Shown here: positions 9,488 through 19,326 of the stretch, in pieces
Layout: each line of letters starts with the position of its first letter
Numbering within the stretch: position 1 is the first letter of the stretch
Assembly: GCA_903929315.1 (NCBI GenBank)
Contig: CAIYUC010000152.1
Span: forward strand, 14,624 to 78,623
DNA from: an uncultured Bacteroidales bacterium
Lineage (GTDB): Bacteria > Bacteroidota > Bacteroidia > Bacteroidales > FEN-979
Length of the DNA: 64,000 bases
Direction of reading: 5' to 3'
Program-made: the position numbers and the translations under genes
The notes under the pieces: generated by a model
What the model was told of the DNA's origin: nothing
Database searches by the model: none
Seen by the model: the letters and a program-made list of their open reading frames with translations, nothing else

Positions 9488-9903
9488 CCGGGTGATAGCG
9501 TGATTTATCGCTGAAATTGGCTCAAAAACGATCCTGAATAATTCGTTCATTTAAGATTCGCCACTTTTCATTTATTAGGTTTGCATCTCGATTTATTGTT
9601 AAACAATAATGGATAAAATGTTTTTAGTTTTATTGAAATTTTTTCATAATTGGTTCTTTTGCAAAAACAAGACACTCATGCTTTTTTTGTAATAATAGGG
9701 AATTTATTTTTCTGGCGTGCAAAATGTATGTATAAAGTTCATTTCTTTGATTGATTGACTTATATATAAAATTTGTTTATAAAAATGTTATTCCAGTTTA
9801 CCACAATTATTTTTTAGGGGTTTCCATAATTGACAAAATCAAAAATTTGTAATAAATTTCGGGTGTTTTATTCACAGTTCAATTATCATAAATCATTGAA
9901 AAA

Positions 9904-11370
9904 ATGAAAACATTTTACAGAGGCTTTGCCCTTTTATTCTTACTTGGGACAACTGTTTTCTTAAAAATGGATATTCAGAGCGAGTATTTATTACCTAAAT
10001 GGGCAAATTCCGTTTACGCAACAAATCTGTTTCATGATGGGTTTAATGATATTATTGTTGGGCACAATGTCCTTGGCGGTAGTACAAACCCTTCAATTAC
10101 TTTGATGAAGAATATGGGTTGGGGAACATTTGAAATAACGGATACTTCCAAATCTTTTTGTGGATATCAAGATAATATTTTTGCAATAGATGTCAATAAT
10201 GATGGGTGGAATGATATTGTTGCATTATATTTTGCTTATGAAAATGGACATAATGTAACATACCTACGTATTTACAATAATAGTAATGGTACTTTTCCAA
10301 ATAATAGTTACTCAGACTTTAATCTCAACAGTACAGAAACTTTTACATGGATTGATCATGGGGATTTCAACGGAGATGGATACCAGGATCTGGTTGTTTC
10401 ATCAATAAACGGGGGTATAGTTGGGATTCTGTATAATAACGGGCAGGGAGGCTTTTCAGCACCGACTTACTATTACCAGGATACTCCGTATATGACCCCC
10501 TGTGGTGATCTTAATGGAGATGGCCGTGACGATATCGTTGTTGTCGGACAAAACACGATAGTTTATTTTAGTACACCTTCAGGATTTCAAACTTTACTGA
10601 TCGATTCAAATTACATGCAGGAAGGGGTTATAGTTGATTTTGATCTTGACGGGAAAAAGGATATACTTACATCCCGTTATGAAATGTGGGGAGACATGGA
10701 TATTCTTCGGATTTTTAAAAACCTCGGGAACAATACATTCCAGAAACTGCCGGATCTCATATTTCCCGGCAATTATGGGGCAATACAATGTTATGATTTT
10801 AACAACGATGGGTATCCTGATATCCTGTGGACATTTGTAGGCGGAGAGCATATAATATATAATCTGGGTAATTTTCAACTTGGAGATACAACATTTGTTC
10901 CTATTCCGGTATACGGAAGTCCGAATTTATATGGATCGTATTGTGCAGATCTGGATAATAATGGTTTCATTGATATCATCACAGTCCAATCAACTCAGGC
11001 TCCAACTCAATCACATCTTGAAATCATGTACAATGACGGACAGGGTCATTTTATACCGGATCCAATCGTAGGAGTAAAGAATCTTTCAAACTTTTCCTCG
11101 GTTAATGTAAAAAATTGGCCGAATCCTTTCCAGGATGAATCAATGTTTGAATTTAATATAAAGGAAACTGCATATATCGAACTATCTGTTTTTGATCTTC
11201 AGGGAAAGTTTATTATATGTATAATCAATCAACAAATGAAAGGAGGACCTCATACTATAAAATGGCGCGGGCTTGACAACGGCGGTCAACCCTGCAAGCC
11301 CGGCGCCTACATTGCTTACCTGAAGGTAAACGGTAAAATCTGCCATGCGATCAAAGTAATCAAAATTTAA
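9904..11370 (+). CDS. FG-GAP/VCBS-repeat protein with T9SS C-terminal sorting domain
   Basis: Signal peptide, repeated DxNxDGxxD(I/L)V blocks (DVNNDGWNDIV, DFNGDGYQDLV, DLNGDGRDDIV, DFNNDGYPDIL, DLDNNGFIDII) and a C-terminal NWPNPF...GAYIAYLKVNG tail. Visibly lower GC than its neighbours. Confidence 0.75.
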   Translation: MKTFYRGFALLFLLGTTVFLKMDIQSEYLLPKWANSVYATNLFHDGFNDIIVGHNVLGGSTNPSITLMKNMGWGTFEITDTSKSFCGYQDNIFAIDVNNDGWNDIVALYFAYENGHNVTYLRIYNNSNGTFPNNSYSDFNLNSTETFTWIDHGDFNGDGYQDLVVSSINGGIVGILYNNGQGGFSAPTYYYQDTPYMTPCGDLNGDGRDDIVVVGQNTIVYFSTPSGFQTLLIDSNYMQEGVIVDFDLDGKKDILTSRYEMWGDMDILRIFKNLGNNTFQKLPDLIFPGNYGAIQCYDFNNDGYPDILWTFVGGEHIIYNLGNFQLGDTTFVPIPVYGSPNLYGSYCADLDNNGFIDIITVQSTQAPTQSHLEIMYNDGQGHFIPDPIVGVKNLSNFSSVNVKNWPNPFQDESMFEFNIKETAYIELSVFDLQGKFIICIINQQMKGGPHTIKWRGLDNGGQPCKPGAYIAYLKVNGKICHAIKVIKI

Positions 11371-11584
11371 AATCAGAGTAGATATTATTATACTTTGGCA
11401 GGAAAAAGTAGCAGATTTAATTTGATTTTTTATTGCGTCTTTGCGACTTCGCGGTAAAAGTCTTTTTCAATTCAGCCCCACAATCAAAAATAGAGCAGAG
11501 ATTATCAATTAAGTATGAAAATTAGGATCTGAAAGGAGACAGAGAGAATAGAAAATTCAAAGAAAAGAAAATAAAGGAACGGTA

Positions 11585-11806
11585 TTAATATTCATCCTCA
11601 TGGAAGAAGAAATCGTCTTTGGTGGGGTAATCGGGCCAGATATCTTCTATACGCTCATAGGTTTCGCCTTCATCTTCGATCTCTTTTAAATTTTCAACAA
11701 CTTCCTGGGGAGCGCCGGATCTTACAGCCCAATCGATCAACTCGTCCTTGGTCGCAGGCCACGGTGCATCTTCCAGTTTAGAGGCTAATTCTAGTGTCCA
11801 ATACAT
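11585..11806 (-). CDS. DUF2795-like small acidic protein
   Basis: 73 aa. The segment WPATKDELIDWAVRSGAPQEVVENLKEI resembles DUF2795. Confidence 0.55.
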   Translation of the reverse strand: MYWTLELASKLEDAPWPATKDELIDWAVRSGAPQEVVENLKEIEDEGETYERIEDIWPDYPTKDDFFFHEDEY

Positions 11807-11848
11807 TTAATAGACTTTTTGAAAATTTTTGCAAAAGTATAAAAATTA

Positions 11849-12409
11849 TCAAACATCCGTCATCCATTGCATTTCCGTTGCACCTGAATCATGTCCTGAT
11901 TTTCGGGCCAGAACGAAAAAGTAGTCCGATAAACGGTTGAGATATTTTATTATTATGACATCCATCTGATTTTTTTCTTTCAGACGAATGACGGTCCTTT
12001 CAGCCCTGCGGCAGACTGTACGTGCAATATGACAATAAGAAACGATCGCGGCGCCTCCTGGTAAAATAAAATGCCTTAGTTCGGGAAGTGACTTGTTCAT
12101 TTCATCGATCTCATCTTCCAGGACCTTTATATCCTGTTCCTCAATCACAGGGAGCTTTTTGGTCTTGATCTCAGGATCGGAGGCGATCCAGGATTCTGCC
12201 GTAAAGATCTTCTCCTGGATGGTTTTAAGAAGGATCTTATAATGCTCATCGGTTATTTGATCCCTGATCAAACCGATGAATGAGTTCAATTCATCCAGCG
12301 TGCCGTATGCTTCGACACGCTCATGACCTTTTGAAACCCTTGTTCCACCCAACAAGGAGGTTTGTCCCTTGTCGCCTGTTTTGGTGTAAATCTTTGGATT
12401 TACCGCCAT
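11849..12409 (-). CDS. ATP:cob(I)alamin adenosyltransferase, PduO type
   Basis: 186 aa. N-terminal IYTKTGDKGQTSLLGGTRVSKGHERVEAYGTLDELNS is the PduO-type signature. Confidence 0.8.
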   Translation of the reverse strand: MAVNPKIYTKTGDKGQTSLLGGTRVSKGHERVEAYGTLDELNSFIGLIRDQITDEHYKILLKTIQEKIFTAESWIASDPEIKTKKLPVIEEQDIKVLEDEIDEMNKSLPELRHFILPGGAAIVSYCHIARTVCRRAERTVIRLKEKNQMDVIIIKYLNRLSDYFFVLARKSGHDSGATEMQWMTDV

Positions 12410-12412
12410 TGT

Positions 12413-14203
12413 TCATTTATTGAGATGGGATTTAAGCTTCTCAAACTGGGCTTTCAATTCTTCCGGCATCCTGCTTCCGAATAGTGCCTGATGATCGGCA
12501 ATCAATTCACATTCATTCAGCCATTCGGTTTTATCTACCTTCAATACTTCATCCAGATTGGCTTCAGCTCCATGAAGTCCTGTAATATCGATTCCATCCT
12601 TAGGAGGAACATTACCGATTGGTGTTTCTATAGCGTCTGCCGTTCCTTCAACCCTTCCAAAGATCCATTTCAGGACACGTATATTATCACCGTAACCCGG
12701 CCATAAAAACTTTCCATCAGCTCCTTTACGGAACCAATTGACATTAAAAATTTTTGGTAAGTGTGTTTTATCAGGCGCCGTACTACCTATCTTCACCCAA
12801 TGACCGAAATAATCACCCATATGATATCCGCAGAAGGGAAGCATTGCAAACGGATCACGACGGACACCTGCTTTCAGGCCAATAGCTGCAGCCGTTACCT
12901 CCGAGCCGACAATAGATCCCATGAACACCCCATGATTCCAGTCAAAAGACTGGTAAACAAGCGGTACAGTGCCGGGACGACGCCCGCCGAAAATAAATGC
13001 AGAGATCGGGACACCTTTTGGATTTTCCCAATCCTTATCGATGCATGGGCATTGATTGGCCGGCGTTGTAAAACGTGCATTCGGATGCGCAGCAACTTTG
13101 TGTTTTTCCTTATCAAACACTTCATTGGTCCAGGTAAGCGTTCCTTCAGGAATATCCGTTCCGATCCCTTCCCACCAGATATCACCATCAGGAGTCAATG
13201 CCGTATTGGTAAATATCGAATTGGCCCAGCAGGATAACATGGCGTTTGGATTGGTTTCCATAGAAGTAAATGGCGCCACGCCGAAAAATCCTGCTTCCGG
13301 GTTGATGGCATATAAATAACCGTCATCGCCGAACTTCATCCAGGCAATATCGTCTCCCACAGTTTCGACTTTCCAACCCGGGATGGTAGGTATCAACATG
13401 GCAAGATTGGTTTTCCCGCAAGCGCTGGGGAAAGCGGCTGCAAAATATTTTTTTACACCCTGTGGATTTGTGATCCCCATGATCAGCATGTGCTCGGCCA
13501 GCCATCCTTCACGCTTAGCCATCACAGATGCGATCCGCAACGCCAGACATTTTTTTCCAAGCAATGCATTTCCACCATACCCGCTGCCATATGACCAAAT
13601 CTCATTTGTTTCCGGGAAATGAGCAATGTACTTTTGTTCAATCGGTGCACAGGGCCATTTTGAATCCTTTTGTCCCGGTGCAAGAGGAGAACCCACAGAA
13701 TGAATGCAGGGAATAAAATCACCATCCCCAAGAAGACCGGTAACTTTTTTACCCATTCGTGTCATGATCCGCATATTTACTACAACATAAGGTGAATCGG
13801 TGATCTGGATTCCGATTTTAGATATTTTGGAGCCCAGCGGACCCATGCTGAAAGGAATAATATACATCGCTCGTCCTTTCATAGAACCCCGGAATTTTTC
13901 AGTAAGAATTTTTTTCATTTCCGATGGATCCAGCCAGTTGTTTGTAGGACCCGCATCCTCCTGCTTCGCTGAACAGATAAAAGTCCGGTCCTCAACCCGG
14001 GCCACATCGCTGGGGTCACTTTGGAAATAATAGCTGCCGGGACGTTTTTTTTCGTTTAGCATGACAGCCATCCCACTGTTTACCATCTGCTGAAATAACA
14101 TCCGGTTCTCCTCTTCGGATCCGTCGCACCAATGAATAGAATCAGGCTGGCAAAGTTCAACCCAATGGTCAACCCATTTCTGCAATTTTGAAGGAGTATT
14201 CAT
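12413..14203 (-). CDS. pckG: phosphoenolpyruvate carboxykinase (GTP)
   Basis: 596 aa. Kinase-1a motif [13 protein letters not shown], plus [14 protein letters not shown] and FGGRRP blocks characteristic of GTP-PEPCK. Confidence 0.95.
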   Translation of the reverse strand: MNTPSKLQKWVDHWVELCQPDSIHWCDGSEEENRMLFQQMVNSGMAVMLNEKKRPGSYYFQSDPSDVARVEDRTFICSAKQEDAGPTNNWLDPSEMKKILTEKFRGSMKGRAMYIIPFSMGPLGSKISKIGIQITDSPYVVVNMRIMTRMGKKVTGLLGDGDFIPCIHSVGSPLAPGQKDSKWPCAPIEQKYIAHFPETNEIWSYGSGYGGNALLGKKCLALRIASVMAKREGWLAEHMLIMGITNPQGVKKYFAAAFPSACGKTNLAMLIPTIPGWKVETVGDDIAWMKFGDDGYLYAINPEAGFFGVAPFTSMETNPNAMLSCWANSIFTNTALTPDGDIWWEGIGTDIPEGTLTWTNEVFDKEKHKVAAHPNARFTTPANQCPCIDKDWENPKGVPISAFIFGGRRPGTVPLVYQSFDWNHGVFMGSIVGSEVTAAAIGLKAGVRRDPFAMLPFCGYHMGDYFGHWVKIGSTAPDKTHLPKIFNVNWFRKGADGKFLWPGYGDNIRVLKWIFGRVEGTADAIETPIGNVPPKDGIDITGLHGAEANLDEVLKVDKTEWLNECELIADHQALFGSRMPEELKAQFEKLKSHLNK

Positions 14204-14268
14204 ACTTAAAATGTTTTTAATAAAGGATTAAATTCATATTTTCTCTCTTCCTGGCACTTATGGTTTCG

Positions 14269-15462
14269 TTATCTCAGACCATCCAATGCCAGTTTTAACC
14301 GTTTCACCGCTTCTACCAGGTTATCCGTTGATGTTGCATAGGAAAACCGAATACATTTCGGATCGCCAAAAGCTTCGCCGGGTACGGTTGCCACATAGGC
14401 TTTGTTCAAAAAATACATGCACAGATCATTACTGTTTTGGATCACAGTTTTACCATCCGATTTCCCAAAATAATAAGAAATATCAGGGAAGATATAAAAA
14501 GCGCCATCAGGATGGTTTAATTTCATACCGGGGATATCACCTAATAATTTCAGCAATAAGTCCCTTCTTTCCCTGAAGGCTTTCTGCATTGTTTTTAATT
14601 CAGGCGTATCCGGAGTTGTTGCAATGGCTTTCAGAGCTGCCCGCTGGGCAATCGAAGAAGCGCCCGATGTGAATTGACCTTGAAGCTTATCACAGGCTTT
14701 TGCGATTTCCAAAGGAGCAGCGATATACCCGATGCGCCAACCGGTCATTGCAAATGCCTTGGAGACACCGTTCACAATGATCATCTGCTTTTTGATGAAA
14801 TCGAATTGGGCCATGCTTTCATGTTTACCAATGAAGTTAATATGCTCATATATTTCATCGCCGATGATATAAATGGATGGATATTTCACCAGGACTTCTG
14901 CAATTGCTTTTAATTCCTCTTTTGTGTAAACGGCTCCCGTTGGATTACAAGGTGAGCTGTAAATTATCAGTTTGGTCTTTGAGGTAATAGCACCTTTGAT
15001 TTGTTCCGGTGTTACCTTAAATTCATGCTCAATGGTTCCCGGGATAAATACTGCCTTTCCTTCAGCTACTTTTACAATTTCCTTATAGGAGACCCAGTAA
15101 GGAGCAGGCAGAATAACTTCATCACCCGGATTTACCAGGCTTAGCACGACATTCGCTATCGACTGTTTGGCTCCTGTCGAAACAACCACCTGGTCACATG
15201 TGTAATCAACACCGTTGTCCCTTTTCAGTTTAAGACAAATGGCTTCCCTTAGATCCTGGTACCCGGCAACCGGGGGATAAAAAGTATAATTATTATCAAT
15301 CGCCAGTTTGGCGGCTTCCTTGATGTAATCGGGTGTATTAAAATCAGGTTCACCAAGACTAAGGTTGATTACATTATGGCCCTTTGCTTTAAGCTCCCTG
15401 CTTTTACGGGCCATTGCAAGTGTTTCAGATTCCGAGAGGTAGTTGATTCTGTTGGATAGCAT
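14269..15462 (-). CDS. pyridoxal-phosphate-dependent aminotransferase (aspartate aminotransferase family, class I)
   Basis: 397 aa. LSLGEPDFNTP, SSPCNPTG and the lysine region NGVSKAFAMTGWRIGY. Confidence 0.85.
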   Translation of the reverse strand: MLSNRINYLSESETLAMARKSRELKAKGHNVINLSLGEPDFNTPDYIKEAAKLAIDNNYTFYPPVAGYQDLREAICLKLKRDNGVDYTCDQVVVSTGAKQSIANVVLSLVNPGDEVILPAPYWVSYKEIVKVAEGKAVFIPGTIEHEFKVTPEQIKGAITSKTKLIIYSSPCNPTGAVYTKEELKAIAEVLVKYPSIYIIGDEIYEHINFIGKHESMAQFDFIKKQMIIVNGVSKAFAMTGWRIGYIAAPLEIAKACDKLQGQFTSGASSIAQRAALKAIATTPDTPELKTMQKAFRERRDLLLKLLGDIPGMKLNHPDGAFYIFPDISYYFGKSDGKTVIQNSNDLCMYFLNKAYVATVPGEAFGDPKCIRFSYATSTDNLVEAVKRLKLALDGLR

Positions 15463-15632
15463 ATGTTCTAAAACGATGAAAATGAGGTTTTTTTAAGAGA
15501 GGGCAAATTTAATTAAAAAAAAGACCTTCAAATTAAAAATGACAAAATATAAATTCAATAACCACCCTGGTTCGGAAGAATAAAAGGAACGTAAATATTT
15601 ATTCCTTATGTAAATGAATTCAAAAAAAAAGA

Positions 15633-15722
15633 TAATCACAATGATCACAAAGTTTTACACTAAGGTCACAAAGATTATCTTCTTCGTGACCATCGTATTT
15701 GCATTGTGTCCATAGTGGTTAA
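15633..15722. repeat. CACAAAG/GTGGTTAA palindromic intergenic repeat, copy B
   Basis: Reads taatcacaatgatcacaaag...ggtcacaaaga...gtgaccatcgtatttgcattgtgtccatagtggttaa. Collinear with copies C and D and lacks the GC hairpin insert. Confidence 0.8.
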
Positions 15723-15729
15723 TTTTTTT

Positions 15730-15737
15730 TAGCTTTG
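15730..15737 (+). promoter_or_regulatory. candidate Bacteroidota -7 promoter box (TAnnTTTG)
   Basis: tagctttg lies 24 nt upstream of the ATG at 15762, immediately after repeat copy B. Confidence 0.3.
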
Positions 15738-15761
15738 TATCCATAAACAATTTAGAGTAAA

Positions 15762-16289
15762 ATGACAATCCATATTATTATCCGGCTGCTGATGATGACC
15801 TTCATGATTGGTCTTATCCTTGCTTCAGTATTGATCGCTATTCAATTTTATTTTTCACATAGTAAAAAACCGCAGGATTCTCCTGTCCGTCTGGAAGATC
15901 ATAAGATTATCCTTCCTTTGCGGCTTCAGGCGTATGAACGGATTGTCCTGTTCCTCGAGCGGATTGCACCAAATAACCTTATCATACGTGTGAACCGGCC
16001 GGAATTGAATGCTTACCAACTTCAGTCAGCGCTTATAAAAACCATCCGTGAGGAATTTGAATACAATCTGTCACAACAGCTTTATATATCTTCCAAAGCT
16101 TGGGAGATGGTGAATAATGCAAAGGAAGAGACGATCAAACTGATAAATATTGCAGCCGGCCAGATCCCGGAAACAGCATCATCTGCGGAATTGGTAAGAG
16201 TTATTTTTGATGCCGTGATGAACACAGATAAACTGGCTGTTCATGTGACGCTGGAGACTGTAAAGGATGAAATCAGGCAGCTCTTTTAA
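15762..16289 (+). CDS. hypothetical membrane-anchored protein
   Basis: 175-aa ORF with an N-terminal TM helix (LLMMTFMIGLILASVLIAIQFYF). No family recognised. Confidence 0.4.
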   Translation: MTIHIIIRLLMMTFMIGLILASVLIAIQFYFSHSKKPQDSPVRLEDHKIILPLRLQAYERIVLFLERIAPNNLIIRVNRPELNAYQLQSALIKTIREEFEYNLSQQLYISSKAWEMVNNAKEETIKLINIAAGQIPETASSAELVRVIFDAVMNTDKLAVHVTLETVKDEIRQLF

Positions 16290-16365
16290 TCAGCCTCCTG
16301 CCGATTTTCTATCACTATCTAATCTATAGCGGTAATCTTATGAAAGCTGACGATGGTAGTTATGA

Positions 16366-17889
16366 TCAACGCAGCAACATCTTCGAGGTTCCTATCACAG
16401 TCCCCTTCTCATCTGTTAGAACAACAAAATACAACCCGACAGGAAGGTCGTTGCGGTTAAATACATAAAGCGGAGAATGCAACTGCTGCCGCAAGACTTT
16501 GTTGCCTAATTCATCATACATGATAACCGTGATCTGTTGACCTTCCATTATTCCGGGAACTGTTATCATAGCACTTTGATCGACAGGATTAGGTGTTACC
16601 ATGACAGGTATATCATTTGACCCTGTTACCTGTTTTTCTCCCAGCAATGTTGAACAATCCTGTGATACTGGCGTTCCCCAGGTTTCACTGCCTTTTTCAA
16701 AATAAACAAGATGATTCTCCCAGTCATACATTACCGGCGATTCGAACCATTCCGTGATATAGCCAGTCTGACCCAAACCGGGAGAATAATATTCGGGAGC
16801 GTACATCCCCTCAAAAACATAACCCCAGCAGGTGTCATCCTGCGTGTCATAGGCATAATCGTCTATGCTCTGAACCATCCGACCGTTGTAATCTGTGGTT
16901 CTGAGGTATGCTGCGGCATGAGAATCATAGGATTCCCCTATTCTGTAAAACTCCATCGGTAAACGATAAATGGATATACCGGAATCCAGTGTTGAGAGAA
17001 TTATTGTCGTGCTTATTGTATCATAAATTTTCTCGACGTGTGGGGTCGGCCAGGGATTATTTGTCAGTTTACAATTGTCAAACTGATAGGTAAGGGTATC
17101 ACCGTTTGAAGAGACGGTCTTTGAGATAACCTGCTGTATCTGCCACCATTCAGGCCCGTACCCATTGTTATGCTGAAAACCATGATAATGAAAGATATCA
17201 CCAACTTGGAAATAATAGACATCGGCCCAGCCGAACGGCTGTATGCCCATCACGGGAGTTGTTTTACCAGCAAGAGAATACATGGTGGCGTTGTACCAGA
17301 AAATGGTGTCATTGATATGATACATATCAAGCATGTTCGTGAAACCGTAATGCTTGCTAAGCTTGATTGTCAATTGATTCAGATAATAGGAGACATTGTT
17401 CCCGGAAGCATTCTTCGCCTGGAATGAAATGGTTTTAACGGAGTCGGTCCCTCCGGGGACACTGTCTATACCTATAGAGGTCACTTTTGCCTCAACACGG
17501 CCGTTGTTCGCCAGGTTGCAGAACTTCCAGGTAGCGTTCAGCGGTGCATGGGACCTGATCGTGAGGGTGTCATGACTGTAATTAAAGAACAAAAATGTCC
17601 CGTCAGCCTTTTCATAGATCCTGCCGCCCAGGATGGAGCCGTTGGTCGTGTCGAAACAAGGATAATAGTACGATTCATCGATAATGGTGCGGTAGGAAAT
17701 GAAAACGGTGTCCTGACCCGGAAGGACATACACCGAATCCTGCCGGAAAGCCAGGAAATTACCGGCAGTATCCTTGAAGAAGGTTGTGCCCGGGGAGCAG
17801 ATGTTGCGGTAATTCTGGCCGGTACCGGAAATTGCAAAGCCTGTAATAATAAGGATTACAAGCATTGACTTTAAAGCGATAAATTTCAT
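16366..17889 (-). CDS. secreted protein with T9SS C-terminal sorting domain
   Basis: Signal peptide MKFIALKSMLVILIITGFA and a C-terminal tail VTPNPVDQSAMITV...LPVGLYFVVLTDEKG...KMLLR. Confidence 0.65.
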   Translation of the reverse strand: MKFIALKSMLVILIITGFAISGTGQNYRNICSPGTTFFKDTAGNFLAFRQDSVYVLPGQDTVFISYRTIIDESYYYPCFDTTNGSILGGRIYEKADGTFLFFNYSHDTLTIRSHAPLNATWKFCNLANNGRVEAKVTSIGIDSVPGGTDSVKTISFQAKNASGNNVSYYLNQLTIKLSKHYGFTNMLDMYHINDTIFWYNATMYSLAGKTTPVMGIQPFGWADVYYFQVGDIFHYHGFQHNNGYGPEWWQIQQVISKTVSSNGDTLTYQFDNCKLTNNPWPTPHVEKIYDTISTTIILSTLDSGISIYRLPMEFYRIGESYDSHAAAYLRTTDYNGRMVQSIDDYAYDTQDDTCWGYVFEGMYAPEYYSPGLGQTGYITEWFESPVMYDWENHLVYFEKGSETWGTPVSQDCSTLLGEKQVTGSNDIPVMVTPNPVDQSAMITVPGIMEGQQITVIMYDELGNKVLRQQLHSPLYVFNRNDLPVGLYFVVLTDEKGTVIGTSKMLLR

Positions 17890-18036
17890 GACATCTGTAT
17901 TTCGTTTATGGAGAGTAATATAATATTTAAATTCCTTTTGTCTGAATGGTAATCTTAATACCCTTACAAATATAAGACATATTGTTTGACTTTCAAAGCA
18001 TTATTTCAATCATTTATCAAAGTTTTGTAGAACCTG

Positions 18037-18126
18037 ATAACCACAATGAGCACAATGATTTACACAAAGTTCAAAAGGAATTTTTCCATTGTGACCATAG
18101 TGTTTCCATAGTGTTCTTTGTGGTTA
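18037..18126. repeat. CACAAAG/GTGGTTAA palindromic intergenic repeat, copy C
   Basis: Reads ataaccacaatgagcacaatgatttacacaaagttcaaaagga...cattgtgaccatagtgtttccatagtgttctttgtggttaa. Confidence 0.8.
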
Positions 18127-18143
18127 AAAAAAATCAGAAACAA

Positions 18144-19313
18144 TCAGAAACTCCCTTTCATCCTTATAAATACCAGGGTCTCGCCTATGATGGCGCTTTT
18201 TCCGCTGTAGGATTGAAAAGATTGTACGATGAGCGAAAGATCAAGGTTATTTGACAAGGATACCGTCACCGATGGAATGATAAAATACATCCCATTATCC
18301 GGATTTAATATCCCTGCAAGGGATGCATTTATCAAGGGGGTCACAGGATAACTGATATTACCAAAAACAGAAAATCCACTCAGAAATGGGTTCTTTGGAT
18401 TTAATAACTGTGCGTTCATTTGCTGTAAGAGCAAATCTGCACTATTGAAACTGTTTGAATTATATAATCCTTCAAACTGGAGAAAAAGCGAATTTTTAAA
18501 CGTGTAATCATATTCTACCGAGGCAAGAAAAACACCGGTCGTATCATTAAAGTTACGGACCGGATGAAAGTATGTGGCTTCGCCTTTGAATCCCCCTTTT
18601 GCGATTTGTCCGGCCCAGCCTATTCCTGCTACAAGGTCATGTTGCTCAAAGAGCCCAGCCAAAGCCTGGAAATCATACTCCCATTTATTGAAACGGTATA
18701 AAGCTGCTGCGGTGATTCGTTGTTGTTTATTCGCTTTGGCAGCGATCTCCAGCCTTGAAGCAGGTCCTGTAAAATACTGGAATCGTACTGCATCGCTTCC
18801 CGGCTTTTCCTCGTAATCAAAATCGAAATAGGAATATGTATTAAAGATGTCATTCGGGTTCCAGACATACGTCTGACTCCAGTTGATCCGCTGCCGGCCA
18901 ACCGTGATCTGAAATTTAGGTTGTGCAAAATCGATCCAGACCCTGTCTATTGCGATATTCAATACATAAGCAGAGTCATTCAGAATATTCCATGACATAT
19001 TCACCAGTCCGTTATCATAGCTGATATAATCTTTATATCCCGGCATGGATTTTACCAGTTCCCCCCAGTAAAACCGGTTTCGTTCTTCAAGACAGAAAGT
19101 AAAGTTTCTGGAAATATTCCATTTGAAATTAAGGCGATTATGTATGAGATTATCAGTCTGCCAGTTTTTATCATTGTTTGGAATGATCACGGTCTGCATA
19201 TCCTTCACATAGCCATTCAGCGACAGGTGTTTCTCCCCCGAATAAGTTGAATCCTGGGCATTTGTGCCTATTGACAGTATGATCACATGAAGGATATAGA
19301 AAAGTCTTTGCAT
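18144..19313 (-). CDS. putative outer-membrane beta-barrel protein, last gene of the ABC/LolA-like cluster
   Basis: Signal peptide (MQRLFYILHVIILSIGTNAQ), alternating aromatic-rich segments and a C-terminal ...RMKGSF ending in Phe, as in OMP beta-barrel signatures. Confidence 0.5.
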   Translation of the reverse strand: MQRLFYILHVIILSIGTNAQDSTYSGEKHLSLNGYVKDMQTVIIPNNDKNWQTDNLIHNRLNFKWNISRNFTFCLEERNRFYWGELVKSMPGYKDYISYDNGLVNMSWNILNDSAYVLNIAIDRVWIDFAQPKFQITVGRQRINWSQTYVWNPNDIFNTYSYFDFDYEEKPGSDAVRFQYFTGPASRLEIAAKANKQQRITAAALYRFNKWEYDFQALAGLFEQHDLVAGIGWAGQIAKGGFKGEATYFHPVRNFNDTTGVFLASVEYDYTFKNSLFLQFEGLYNSNSFNSADLLLQQMNAQLLNPKNPFLSGFSVFGNISYPVTPLINASLAGILNPDNGMYFIIPSVTVSLSNNLDLSLIVQSFQSYSGKSAIIGETLVFIRMKGSF

Positions 19314-19326
19314 AGGCTGATTCGGT

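Noticed and set aside
9609-9692. 27-codon hydrophobic mini-ORF (MDKMFLVLLKFFHNWFFCKNKTLMLFL) in the AT-rich leader of the FG-GAP gene.
   Set aside because: It has no ribosome-binding or conservation evidence available. AT-rich sequence readily produces such Phe/Leu/Lys-rich ORFs by chance.
17982-18254. 90-codon ORF whose product (…HNDLHKVQKEFFHCDHSVSIVFFVVKK…) resembles the products of the ORFs at 24023-24322 and 24084-24446 (…LHKVHKEYFHRDHSVSIVAIMVKE…).
   Set aside because: The similarity comes from translating the palindromic CACAAAG/GTGGTTAA DNA repeat. Copies occur in both orientations and with indels that would break a reading frame. The ORFs also run into neighbouring genes on the opposite strand.
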